Source: Antechinus flavipes
Taxonomy: Eukaryota
Reading direction: 5' to 3'
Length of the DNA stretch: 64,000 nt
Assembly (NCBI RefSeq): GCF_016432865.1
Contig: NC_067401.1
Coordinates: 112,096,001 to 112,160,000, forward strand
Part shown: piece after piece, positions 43,401-54,699 of the stretch
Layout of the letters: the number at the start of each line of letters is the position of its first letter
Numbering within the stretch: the stretch's first letter is position 1
The notes under the pieces: model-generated
The model's database searches: none
Seen by the model: only the letters and a program-made list of their open reading frames with translations
Told to the model about the DNA's origin: nothing
Position numbers and translations under genes: made by a program

Positions 43401-46400
43401 AATACAAATTAAGCAACTCTGACATACCACTTCACACCTCTCAGATTAACTAAAATGACAGGAAAAGAGAATGATAAATGTTGAAGGAAATGTGGTAAAA
43501 CTAGGAACACTAATATATTGTTGATAGACTTGTGAAATGATCCAACCATTCTGGAGAGCAATCTGGAACTATGGTCAAAGGGCTGTAAAACTCTGCATAA
43601 CCTTTGATCTAGCAATCTCACTAATGAATCTGTATTCCAGAGATAATAAAAAAAAAAAAAAAAAAAGGGAAACGGATTCATATGTGCAAAAGTGTCTGTA
43701 ACAGCTCTTTTTGCAGTGGCAAGAAATTGCAAAGTGAATGCCTATCAGTAATGGTATATGAAAGGTAATGGAATGTTTTTGTTCTATATGAAATAATGAG
43801 AGGTTGATTTCAGAAAACCCTGGAAAAATTTACATGAACTGATGCTAAATGAAGTGAGTAGAACTAAGAGAACATTGTACACGGTATAAGAAGATACATG
43901 ATGATCAACTTTGGTAGTTTTGGCTTTTCTCAACAATGCAGTGATTCAAGGCAATTTCAGTAGACTTGGAAAATGCCAGTCCCATTCAGAGAGAGAACTA
44001 TGGAGAATGAATTTGGATCAAAATATAGCAATTTTATCTTTTGGTTTGTTTGTTTTTTTCTCATGAATTTTCCCCGTTTGGTCTGATTTTTCTGGCACAA
44101 CATGAGAAATGTGGAAATGTGTTTAAAAGGATTGCATATATTTAATCTAAGAAATTGCTTGCTATCTTGGGGAGAGGAGAAGGAGAAAAAAGTTTTACAA
44201 AAATCAATGTTGATGTATTGGACTACCTGCCATCTAGGGTAGGGAGTGGAAGGAGGGGAAAAATTGGAACAGAAGGTTTTGTAAGGGTCAATGTTGATAA
44301 AACTACCCATGCATATGTTTTGTAAATAAAAAGCTATAATAATTTTTTTAAATGTATGGGAAATTAAGAAAAACTACTTAGATCTAGAAAAATTAATAGA
44401 AAACAAGAAATGATGGTTTACAAATAAAAAGTGACAATTCAAAAAAAATTAAAAAATGAATGTTAAGAACTATCTGTATAATTGGAAAAATAAAATACTT
44501 AAAAAACAACACCCTCTTCTTTTCTGCCTTATCTATTGGATACTCATTTAAGAGCATTAATGCCCACTACAAAAAAAAAAAAAAACTGCTTTGAATGTGT
44601 TCCCCACCCAACAATCCTCAAATTCTTGCAAAGAACTTCAAATATGACGGCAAGGAGATTAGATCTTACACCTTTTTAAAAAAAGAATTAAGGCAAACTC
44701 CTTTGAAAAAGCAAAGCAAAGCAAAACAAAACACTGCAAAATAACTTCTTTTCCCCGACCTATCAAGATGCTCACCTCTGCCTCGTCCACGGCCCCTTCG
44801 GCCTCTTTCTGTGCCTCTTCCAGATGGACCTCCAGCCTTAGCACCATCCAGTCCATTTTCTTGACCCCGAACTAAAATATAAAGATGCATAAACAAGTAA
44901 TCACATCAAGGTCAACAGGACATATTCAGTGTAAGAGATGATCAATTAGGCTATAAAAATAATCTTACTTTCCAGGATATTTGGGGAAAAGTTTATACAT
45001 TTACACTGGCTTTAAACAAAGAAGTTCTCAATCTCACTGACAGAAAAGCTGTGGATTAATTCATTACTACAAATGATTATGGGATGGTTACAAGAAAATT
45101 TGGTAGCTACATATCTGAATTTATGCAAGGGGAATAGATCCTCATGAAAGAAAAAGTGACTAAGAGAAAGAGTGGTTTAAGACTCAATTCCTCCCCCCTG
45201 GAAGGACACTGCTTTGTTCCTAAAGACCAAATATCTTAGTAATTGATATTAATTATTAAAATTTGCAAAGTACTTTACATACATTAACTTGTTTGATCCT
45301 CACAATCTAAAGAAATAGGTTCTATAGAACCTCCATTTTTGGATGGAGAAACCAAGGTTTAAAGAGGTTACATGACTTATTCACTGTTCCATGGCTATAT
45401 AAGAGATAAGTACTGAACTCAGGTTTTCCTGACTCCAAGTCCAGCACTCTATTCACTATGCCATGCTGCCTTGATAACTCAGTAGGTTTTAATAAATCCA
45501 TATGCATACACTCTCGTCCACGACTGGCGCCTCTTCCCCGTCGTGGTGGTCCACCGCGTCGCCTGCTATAATCCCTGTCTCGGTCTCTATTCTCTTTGCC
45601 TTCCTCATTGGATTCCATCTGTCCACCATCCTTCTGTCCCGAGACTCCCTTCTTTTTCCCAACCATTTCCCAGGAATGCTTTAAAAAAAAAGAGATGGGA
45701 GAAAAGAAGTTACTAACCTACAAAGTACAGACTGTTCATGACATCTTATGAAATAGACATTTTCCCACTCTTTTTTCTCAATTACAAGTTCTAGGTATAT
45801 CCCTATATATATTATCTTCCTGTTCAGATGAAACTCATGAACAAAATCATAAAAATATCAAGATATGTAATTATAAATAAATAAAACATAGTTAATAAAA
45901 GTTCTTCCTACAAGGGAAGCATCTATAGTTACTGATTAGCTAAAACCATTTCCAAGATCAATTCAAGATGTGCATATCTAAGCTGCTTGGGGTGGCCAGC
46001 CAAAAGACCTTACTTTTCCTTATCTCTCATGTTTGTTTGTTCTGAACTGAGCATCAATTATCTTTGAGCCAGTGTCCCTCAACTACCCCTAAAGATCACA
46101 TAACTTACTCTAGTCAACTAAAACAAAAAGTATACCTAAAAAATGTGGTATTTTTTGTTTTTTACCTTATATACTTTAAATTTTTAAAATAAGTTTTATA
46201 GATGACTTTTGTTCTCCTATCAGTCATTTCTAGAAATAGTAACCTTTCCACTGGTTCCATGAGTCTTTTCTTATAACAAAGAAAAACTAAAGCAAAAAGT
46301 ACTGATACTGAGACTCTGTGTGATAACATTTAACAATGGAAGGAAATATATTTCATTATTATTCTAAAGGCCCACTATTAGTTTTTTAATTACTTAAATG

Positions 46401-49400
46401 ATCTCTAGAGTTCAACACAGTTTTAAGAATTGTATATATTCCTCTGCTTCCGTTTATTTACACAAATCTTCCTTTCTGTACAATAACTTTTTGTTATATT
46501 CATTTTCTGAAATTTACTTGATAATTTTCCCAATCAATGGGTCCCTTCTGTTTCCAGTTCTTCATTAAACTTAAAAAAAAAAAAAAAAAAACCTGAATAT
46601 TTTGGGATAGATAAAATCTTTGTTCTATCTTTTTTTTTTCTTCCAGCAAATGCCCAGCTATGGAATTCTTAGGGCCAAAAGTATAAACAGTTTATTCACT
46701 TTTCTTTTTTCTCAGGTAAGGCTATAGTCAAAGGACTTTTCAGAATGAAATTTAGATTTGAAGAAAAGACTTAAGCTAAAAAAATCAGTTAAATGACTGT
46801 AAGCATACACCAGAGAAAGTAAACTTCTCAAAGATATTAAAAACCTCAAATGCAACACATGCTAGTTCCTATAGTACTATATACTCAAAAATCAATCACA
46901 AATGAACATTTTAAAATAGCTGAGCAGGTGAAGGTTCCATTTCATACACCAAGATGGTGAGGAGACAGCCCCCCATTCATTCCACTTAACTAAAAAACAA
47001 TGGCCCTGATCTCAACAATTATCAAATAAGATCATTAAAATAAAAAAATGTCCTTTCAAGAAAAATGTTCCCTCCACAATTCCAAAGTGTCATTTCATTT
47101 TCTAGTCCAAGTTAGCTCTTAGGATAGTACATTAAACAAGTGAATCATTTTATATTCAGGATAGCTTCAAGGCATCAATAACTGCCCATTGCTAAATAGC
47201 CTCATTGTTACAACCACCTTTAAAACACAGAATTCAATTCAAATCCAATTCAAGTAAAACAAAAGAAGCAGTAGATATTGATCACTGGATTTTCTGCTAA
47301 ATCCTCTGGTAGCAGAGCATGGGGAAGAGGAGAGAAGATCATAAAGGAAGTATCACCTCCCTTCTTTACTTGATAACACTATCATGGCTGCTGACATCTA
47401 CAGTTAAATCCTATAAAATAAAGGGTTGCTACAATTTTCTCAATATCACAGTTGATCTGTTTGCATCTCAATTATCCAACTTAATTCAAAATCAATGCAA
47501 AATTATCTTGTTTCCCACGATTTCATGAAGGACAGATGAATCTATGGCATAATTTTCCAGAGATGTGTGGAAAAGATGGCTTGGGTTAAAAAACATATCA
47601 CAATACCTTAAGCCAATGACTCTCATCTTCATAAGAATCTCATAAACTCACAGCCTTGAAATCTGAACTTCTTCAAAATTAATCATTGTTCACAAACTCT
47701 TTGAGTAGGGAAAAAAAAAGCCAGAGGGAGGGGAAAATTTCTCACTGAATATTTTTGTTCTTATAAGTCTTTTGCTCAAGAAAAATTAAGAGAATTTCTC
47801 TTCCATGCTACATATCTTTCTTTCCCTCATTACCAAGATAAGGTCAGAAAATCTACAAAACTTACTATCCCTGTTTCTTCATTAGAAATAGATTCAAAAG
47901 ATGAAATAGCACGGTATGATCTTCAGTCTATGTTAATGGGAATGTACTGAGTTAAGAATGGGGCATAGATTGTGATTTTAATTCTTCAGCAATGAAAATG
48001 ACCAATCCACTCTCATAATAGCGAAGAGTATCAAATGCTGCCTCTTACAATTCAAATATAGCCTTGAAAATAGTCACTTACCTAGAATGAATTACAATTT
48101 ATACTGAGCCAAGCAGAAGAGACACATTTTATCTGTTTACCTCCCAGTGTTATCTCCTCAAAGGAAGGCTAACTAGTTAAAAGAAAGGACACCCCACACA
48201 AACATACATAAACACACACAGAGAACTATTAAAAAATTTTTTTGCAACCTTTTAATAATGTGTAATCTGCTACAAACTCCCAAGAAAATTCCCTACTATC
48301 TATAAGGGTTATGCTTTCTTGAAAGTAATCAATCCCATTTAGCATTATACAGTGATTATAATTTCCCAATGGTATTCCACAAGTAAAAGTGATAAGCTCC
48401 CTTACCGTATCTGGGTTCCCTTCCAGCAGCACATTGATAGCTCTATTGACATCTCCGTTGCAGTCATGCAAAGCAATCACACATTCATCCTGGTTTTTGC
48501 CTGTGATATCAATCAGCTGCAAAGAAAAAGACTATAATCATCAAGAGTCAATCTGCATCTTTCACAAAAATAAAATTGCAGGGCAGAAGGGAAGGAATGA
48601 AGGTAAAAGAGAGATGGAACAAACAGAAAATAAGACCTGGAAAAGCAAACTAAGTGAAATTTTGAGGTTCTGAATCCAAAAGCAAAATATCATCAATCCC
48701 ATGTTGGCTATATGTTTAGGATTATAAACAGGACTTTATCTACTGTATTTCAAAACCAACTCAGTGACAAATAGAGAACAAATCTTCAACATGCATTTAT
48801 TACTGAAAAACTCAGTATATCCGAATCCACCAAATCTAGTGCTTTAGGGCATCATCATCTTCATTAGGATTTGTGTGGCAGTTTAAGGTTGCAAAGCACT
48901 TCACAAAAATAATCTCATTTTATCCTCACAATTCTGATAAGTGGTTACTATTTCCATTTCACAGATGAATAAACTAAGACAAAGAAAGGTTAAGTGATCT
49001 GTCCAAAGCCACAAAGCTAGTTAAGAATGCAACTATATTTGAATTGAGGTCTTCCTGATTCCAAGTCTGGTGTTCAATCCAATGTGCCACCTAATGTCTT
49101 ATTTAAATGTATTATATATTTCTATACATACAAAAATATAAGAGATGTTACTATAGTTTCATATGGCAGATCCATCAGCACTTATTCCACAATTAATTGA
49201 AACTTAAAGGTCAGATATCTCAGAATAATGAAATTGCCCAAAGGAGTAATTCAAACAAGGGAAAAAATTTGTTTCTTGGCATAAGCCAGTCACATTTCAG
49301 GTTATAAACATAATCCTTCCAATGTTCCTGGAAGAATCAGCGTCTTGAATAAAGGAAGTTGCATGTATAATTACTTGATAACAATACTCTCGACCATCAC

Positions 49401-51034
49401 CCTCCCCTAAAAAACATCACACGCACAATAAATTGGCATACTCACTTGCTTTACTTTCTCCTCAAAGTCAGCATCATTGTGGTCCGAAATCATCTGTGCA
49501 AGTCTAATCTGTTCTGCAGTAGCCTATGCATTGAAGTGAAAATAAGTAAAGTATGGTCAGAGGAGTACAATGAGAAGAAGGGAGGACAGTGTCTGTGTTA
49601 AATAATCTCCGATCTCTTTTTCAGGTTTTTTCCTTACAAATAGGATACACCAAGGACTAACACCAAATTACCTGTGACAGTGTTTTGCTGTTCACAGGGC
49701 ACTTTCACATGTACATCTGACATGTTGTTTCATTTGATTCTCATAACAACTATGAGATAGAAAGGGCAGGTATTATTACCCCAATTTTACAGATAAACAA
49801 ACTGTGGCTCAGAAATGTTAACTGGCTTGCCCAAAAACTCGAAGGGGAAAAAAAAAGGTAGGATTAAGACTTAGCATTCAACTCCAAGTCTTCTGAGTTC
49901 TAGTGCTCTTGTTCATACTAACATTGAAGCAACTTGGTAAACACTGAATAGAGTACTTAGAGAGGGAGAAGTAGCCATAAATAGTCATTTCAGTAAAAAG
50001 AGGAAGCTGTTTAGGTTTTGCTCCTTAGGAACAAACATTTCTAAAATGCTATCCTCTTAAGTAGGTTGGTCACAATTTTAAAAGTATGCTCAAATGTAAT
50101 TTTTATTAGAAAAGCCTATCCAATTCCCAAGATTGCCTTTTTGTTTCTAAGGTTGGAAATAGTGGAGTCAATCTGAGAATAAAAATAGCCTTCCTACTGA
50201 ATGATCATTACAAGAATATAAAGTGCTTAGAACTAAAATGATTTGCTTGATAAACTCAAATGAGCATCAGACTCCATTTGCTGAGAAGAATCTTGAGAAT
50301 AGAGGTGAAAAAGAATAAAGGGAACTCTTTCTGGGCAAAAGTCTACCCCAACTAAGTAATGAAATATAATTCATTTACTCATGTTAATAACACAAGATGA
50401 ATTATTTACTCACAATAGAGACTAATCAATAACCAACTGGCTATTGAAAATAGATCTCATTTAAACCAACCTTCAAAAGAACCTATAAAGTTTGGGAACC
50501 CCAGGGAAGAGGCCAAATACTTATATAAAGAAAAACCAGATAAACCTTCCAAAGGCCCCAAAGCAACCAGACAAAAGGGAAAGAAAAATTAAATCCAGGA
50601 GTGGGAAAATGGAAAGACATGTATGGGTTAAAGAGTGGGGGAAAAGTGGAAAATATAAGAAATTAGGAAGATACCATATCAAAGGCCCAGAAAAGGAAAG
50701 GAAGTGCTATCATCAAATTTTAGCCATAAGGGGTCTAAAAGACAAAACTCACACAATCCTTTTTCTCAAAGCCTCACCCAGCAACATAAAACAGCAAAAG
50801 AAAAAAAGGCAGCTCTTTGTAACAGCACATGATATTAACAAAGCATCAGGAGAATAAGAGGACTAAGGTCTAATCTTGAAAAACAGAATACAGAAAGAAA
50901 AAAAAAAAAAAACAAAAAACAGAATGAAGCTATGCAGGATATAAAGCTTTTATCAGCCATTTAGGTTGGTCATACTCTACTTTCCTGCAGATTTCTTTAC
51001 CTGTGGCCTCTGCTTGTGCTGTGTCTGGTTCTGT
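8606..51034 (-). CDS. UBAP2L: Ubiquitin-associated protein 2-like (stress-granule scaffold; UBA domain, RGG region); start codon and main stop codon fall in N-gaps
   Basis: Exons: e2 visible 51034-51001 (QNQTQHKQRPQ), 49523-49446, 48516-48406 (UBA), 45678-45510, 44871-44776, 41719-41674, 41049-40937, 37149-37097, 35774-35689, 34181-34010, 31678-31477, 30913-30636, 29024-28852, 26297-26108, 25360-25306, 24029-23855, 23088-23016, 20050-19855, 19761-19673, 18894-18841, 18312-18231, e23 16964-(into gap at 16872), 16259-16154, 11650-11583, 10839-10642, e27 coding part presumably in gap 9186-9325. All visible sites are GT-AG, phases chain, and the peptide is near-identical to recalled human UBAP2L. 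Confidence 0.96.
8784..9325 (-). other. UBAP2L: UBAP2L main last exon (e27): 3' UTR visible at 8784-9185, coding part inferred in N-gap 9186-9325
   Basis: A polypyrimidine tract on the minus strand immediately precedes the gap (9326-9366). The UTR text (gagagggcctctcagcctgg...cattcaagattatgaaact...cagcccaacagtcctaagtctcc) resembles the recalled human 3' UTR. Confidence 0.7.
14352..14677 (-). other. UBAP2L: UBAP2L proximal alternative last exon (short isoform): UTR visible at 14352-14489, coding part inferred in N-gap 14490-14677
   Basis: The minus-strand sequence gaatgagttggtggataccttctgggcttttgaac...tgtgtctgaccccgtctta resembles the recalled UTR of the human short isoform (ending RKYPPPYKHFWTAES). 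The coding part itself is not visible. Confidence 0.6.
18389..18523 (-). ncRNA. SNORA58B: H/ACA snoRNA SNORA58 family (SNORA58B-like), UBAP2L intron 21
   Basis: GGGCACTCCCGTAGACCTTGCCTGACT...GCAGGGGGGACAGTGTGTGCC hairpin, H box AGAGAA (18461-18456), second hairpin TATGGCCAGC/GCTGGCTATA, then ACA plus 3 nt; 135 nt. Strongly resembles recalled human SNORA58. Human SNORA58B is hosted by UBAP2L. Confidence 0.88.
20900..21200 (+). mobile_element. CR1/L3 3' fragment
   Basis: aaatatatgaagggctgtcatgtggagggggattagatttgttt...aggaaaaacttactaacaatcagagct is typical of the L3/CR1 3' region. Confidence 0.6.
21440..21560 (-). mobile_element. L2 3'-end fragment
   Basis: tttattaagcacttagtatatgccagggact is the reverse complement of the L2 terminus. 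Confidence 0.55.
22303..22520 (+). mobile_element. MAR1-type marsupial CORE-SINE
   Basis: tRNA-like head, CORE (ttcctcatctataaaatg) and MAR1-like tail (caagaaaaccccaaatggg...agagtccacaccactgaaac). Confidence 0.7.
24216..24364 (+). mobile_element. WSINE1-like young marsupial SINE with A-tail
   Basis: gcagtggatagagcaccagccctgaagtcaggaggacctgagttcaaatc...tcacttaaccccaactgcctcagg followed by A13. Confidence 0.8.
25663..25808 (-). ncRNA. Second SNORA58-family H/ACA snoRNA, UBAP2L intron 15
   Basis: GGTGCATACCAGTAGACCTCATCTGGCT...GGCCAGTTGGGGGGGACAGTGTATGCA, H box AGAGGA, second hairpin, terminal AGACATTC. The guide strands GTAGA and GGGACAGT are the same as in the intron 21 copy. Confidence 0.82.
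27810..27984 (-). mobile_element. Old CORE-SINE (MIR-like) whose 5' head is the target site of the adjacent L1 insertion
   Basis: The minus strand reads aaagcatctggtggtatggggattagg...gaagacctgaatacaaattc...ctgtgtgtccctggggaagttccttaacct. Confidence 0.55.
27985..28502 (-). mobile_element. Young LINE-1 fragment (ORF2 C-terminus and partial 3' UTR) flanked by a 14-bp TSD
   Basis: The ORF at 28228-28506 (KGPVCAKIFVAALFVVARSWK...EWLSKLWYMNVMEYY...RTRRSLYT) is the L1 ORF2 C-terminus. CCACCAGATGCTTT occurs at 27971-27984 and 28503-28516. Confidence 0.9.
29242..29300. repeat. (CA)n microsatellite
   Basis: Long near-perfect CA run. Confidence 0.95.
29590..30060 (+). mobile_element. Old L1 3' end
   Basis: taaattatggtacacaaatattaggaaattttactgtgc followed by a purine-rich 3' UTR and an A-rich end. 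Confidence 0.5.
35124..35336 (+). repeat. Inverted duplicate of 33845-34069 (UBAP2L exon 11 3' half, donor and intron 11 start)
   Basis: The + strand at 35124 reads tcaaagcagagcaccatatcacagcctgcatcaggaag..., matching the minus-strand exon 11 sequence from 34069. 55 of 60 exonic nt are identical; similarity continues with small indels to ...tcaggtatagaaatggagc...ggtctcta.tcaaat...tcctgta. Confidence 0.93.
37660..37900 (+). mobile_element. MIR/CORE-SINE (representative copy; similar copies near 21240, 26700, 29310, 32650, 33340, 36040, 45260, 48880, 49690, 59040)
   Basis: CORE motif agttttcctttcctcatctgtaaaataggg with a tRNA-like head. Confidence 0.65.
39234..39293 (-). CDS. UBAP2L: UBAP2L 60-nt in-frame cassette exon between e8 and e9 (RLDFMGVEGSNYPRKFETAP)
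   Basis: Long polypyrimidine tract and cag acceptor (39295-39294), donor CTG|GTATGA, phase 1 to phase 1, no stop codon. It matches a peptide recalled from mouse Ubap2l isoforms (RLDFIGVEGSNYPRKFETAP). Confidence 0.85.
41880..44345 (+). mobile_element. 5'-truncated, degenerate LINE-1 (RT region to poly(A)), antisense to UBAP2L in intron 6
   Basis: atcttaatagatgcagaaaaaacatttgacaaaatacaacacccattcc (IDAEKxFDKIQHPF motif), followed by ORF2 C-terminal sequence, 3' UTR and aataaaaagct. Many stops and frameshifts. Confidence 0.9.
46180..46570 (-). mobile_element. Old L1 3' fragment
   Basis: Resembles reverse-complement L1 3' UTR/ORF2 end; heavily decayed. Confidence 0.4.
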
Positions 51035-51462
51035 NNNNNNNNNNNNNNNNNNNNNNNNNNNNNNNNNNNNNNNNNNNNNNNNNNNNNNNNNNNNNNNNNN
51101 NNNNNNNNNNNNNNNNNNNNNNNNNNNNNNNNNNNNNNNNNNNNNNNNNNNNNNNNNNNNNNNNNNNNNNNNNNNNNNNAGAATATATTTACCACTGTCC
51201 TCACTCCCCTTAAAAAAACAAAAACAAAAACAAAAAACCACCCACAATTCTTATCATTCTTCTCTAGGCACAGCAAACCAAGGGAATATCTGCTTTCAAA
51301 GAAACATCATATTTAGACTGATAAGCATCTTAAGAGATCATGGCTTTTATTACTTGCTTGAAGATGGACAGCCACATAAAAAGTACAAAAAAGTTACCAG
51401 CTCATTCCAGTTCTACTAGTCCTCAACAAGTGGGGCTATCTGTAAGCCAATGCAACCTGCTA

Positions 51463-51464
<2 letters not shown>

Positions 51465-51540
<76 letters not shown>

Positions 51541-51542
51541 TC
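51465..51542. repeat. Compound (CA)n(CT)n microsatellite in UBAP2L intron 1
   Basis: A CA run directly followed by a CT run. Confidence 0.95.
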
Positions 51543-53599
51543 TCCTTAAGATTCAAAATCCCTTCAAACAGATAAGAGTCTGTTCAAGTGATTTTACATT
51601 ACAGAATTATAAAGAGTAAAAAGTAGAGATCTTCTATGAAGGGGATTACTAACCTCTTTACACTATAGAGAATTATAAAAAGTAAAAGTAGAAATCTTCT
51701 ATGAAGGAGATAACTAATCCAAACACATACAAAAGAAATCAGTTCAAAGAACTCCTACCTAAACACATAGACTTTATCTCTGAAATCCAGGCTCTCTCTC
51801 CAATACCCCTAACCCTCTTTAAATTTTTATCTGTACACATAATATGGAAGCTTTGCCTTTTTTTTTTTTTTAAACTAGAACCTTCCAAAAGGGACATTAA
51901 TTCCAATGACTTTGCCTGGAATCCCAACTCCCCCAGCAGGAATCCTTGTTTCTTGTCTTTGCAGCTGCTCCTCCATCTAACCTGCTGGTCAACAAATCCG
52001 CAACTCTTAGGGCTCACAACTGCCATTATTATCTTCCACAGCTCTTCTGAAGCAGAACATCCCAGAATTGCAGAATTAGCCAAAGCCCAAAGCATCCAAC
52101 ACAATGTCTTACTTGTAAGGGGAAGCATTGTAAAATCATCTCATGACTACACAGATAGGAGTTACAGAACAGCATATTAGAAGTTCACCCTAACCTGAAT
52201 ATAGAATTAATTCTAATAAGAAACAGTACAACTAGAGTACCACTCGTGCATTCAGCTTGTAATGCAACCTCAGCTGATGTTTTTAAATAAAAGAAAACAA
52301 AAAAACAACTTTTCTTGAGAGCAAGGTATTTTGTCACTACTTTATTCTTTTTTAAAAGTGCTCACTTTTCTATTAAGTTTGGAAAAAGTCTAATCCATAT
52401 AATTTTTGTCTAATGGAAATTTACATTAGTCAATTCTGAGTTCCTGTAATTGATACAATATGGTTACAAATAGGATGCTGAATTTGGTAATGAGAATCTG
52501 ATATTTCACCTCTTTCATTTTCTTGGATAGTCCACAGAATGATACTTCTCTCTGAATTACTAATAAAACAATTTATTTGGGACAAGTTTTTTTTTGGTTT
52601 GTTTTTTTTACAAATTTGTGACACTATGGTTACATACATCCTTGTTTATTACAATGTCATTAAAAGTTTCATTTTCTTCATTTCCATAAAAGTAGTTAAG
52701 CCTTTAGGGAACATTTTAAGGGAGAGTTAGATACCAAATTTAATAACAATAACAATACAAATATGTTAAGGGAGTACAGGTTATATGTGTTACACAGTAG
52801 TCTGTCTCTCTAGGCTGGCATCACAGTCAAATTTTAACATTCCATCTACAAAAACACAAATATCATTTAACCACCACTGCGTGCAAAACAGCAGTGAAGA
52901 TAAAGTCACATCAAGACAACAACAAAAGTATTCGTATTGGTTATATTTTAAAATTGGCTAGTCTCGGGTTTCTAATTTAATGAGTTGGCACTTCCCATCT
53001 CAACCTACAATTTCTAAATGTTGACTTCCTTCCACCACACATTTGATTTCAATTTGAAAAGTTAGGAGACCATATGCTAGCTACACAATAATATTGCATA
53101 GCTACAGCTATTTGCCCAATTGTCTGGACTTATTGTTTGGAACACTTAATGGAAAAACACTACAGATCCAGATATCATTTAAGACATTCTTTTGATCACT
53201 CCAGACTGAATTTCCTTATCTTCCTTACAAATGCCTAGTAAAATGTGATTGATACAACTTGCAAAACAAGTGAGCAAGGAGCAGGAAGCAACTGAGCTAA
53301 GAGATTACTTGGAACACAAGACATGGTACCTTCTAGTAGTAGGCAGGCAAACACACCCACGGTTGGCAGGGAACAAAAGAACTATCTTATATACTGCCTT
53401 TCTTAGACTATAAGGATGTACTGATGGAGAGGGAAGAGGAGAAATCTCAAATTAATTGCTGAAACTTAAAGAATAGCATGTCAGTAGAAAGAGTGCAATT
53501 TTCAAAGGAGCTATGAAACTTTCTTTGGAAAACCACCAACTTAAAAAACAGCCACTGAAAGGTTAAAAATATATATATGTATATATATATTTTACTGAA

Positions 53600-53770
53600 A
53601 TCAATCAATGAACAAGCATTTATTTGCATACCTATGTGTCCAGTACCATAGGGTATACAAAAGTAGAATGAGACATGGTTCCTGCCCTCAAGCTCACAAT
53701 CTAATTGGAGATACAAAATGCAATTAGAAAATAAGTGCTATGAGTGCACTAAACTAAGTGCAACAATTCA
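53600..53770 (-). mobile_element. L2 fragment
   Basis: tcaatcaatgaacaagcatttatttgcatacctatgtgtccag...gttcctgccctcaag. Confidence 0.6.
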
Positions 53771-54699
53771 GAGAAGACCACACTAGAGCCTGGCAGATAC
53801 ATCTTTTAGCTTCTAATGTGAACTATAATTCATAAGTAGCTGACCACCTGACTATGTTATTCTCCCCACATCCAATCCCACTCTGACAAGGCAAAATACT
53901 CCCTGTAAAAGTATGCTTAATACACCTTTAAAAACATAGAACTTATTTTTTCATAACCTTTTTATTAGCCCACAAAACTCAGCTAATTAGAAATAGAATT
54001 CTTCCATTTTGGAAGCAACCAACCCCCCTGAAAAGCTTGGCTCATATTAAAACGAGGCACCTAAACTAGACAACAAAGTAACTATTAAGATGCTAAACAT
54101 GTTAATTCTGTAGTAATGAAGAATGTCAATCTGGGCTGAATGTCTCAGCACAAGTACATCACATTTCCCAAAGCCAAGATTCAAGGGGGAAAGAGGAGAC
54201 CTCCTTAGCATTACTAGGCTAATAATCAAGGATTTCCTAAGGCAGAAAACTGCCTGTTACTGTGCTCTTTTTCTTTTCCTAATATCCCACCTAAGAGATG
54301 GCCGTTTCAGGCAAATTGGTTACTGCATTAGTTTTCAAGGCAATCTGGGAACTCTCCACAAGGTGAAAGAACTTGATAAATTTGGAATTTGTGCCCCATT
54401 ATGGGAAATGCTTTGCACATAGTACGGGCTAATGAACAGTTCTTGAACTCAATTGAGAACACAGTGATAAAGACAGTCGGTGCTCCAGTGCAATATACCC
54501 AAGGGGCTTGAAGCAGTGAGGTCAAGCTCCCCCACATGCTTTTGATTGTTGAAAGGACCCAGGACTCCACTGGGCTAAGAGATGAAAGGTATTAATTAAA
54601 ATGCCTTCAAAAATCCAGAAGAGGAGACAAAATGAGAAGAGCAACCAGAGCAGTTGACAAAGGGGCTAGGAGTGGAGAAGAAAACAGGGCGGGGAATCG

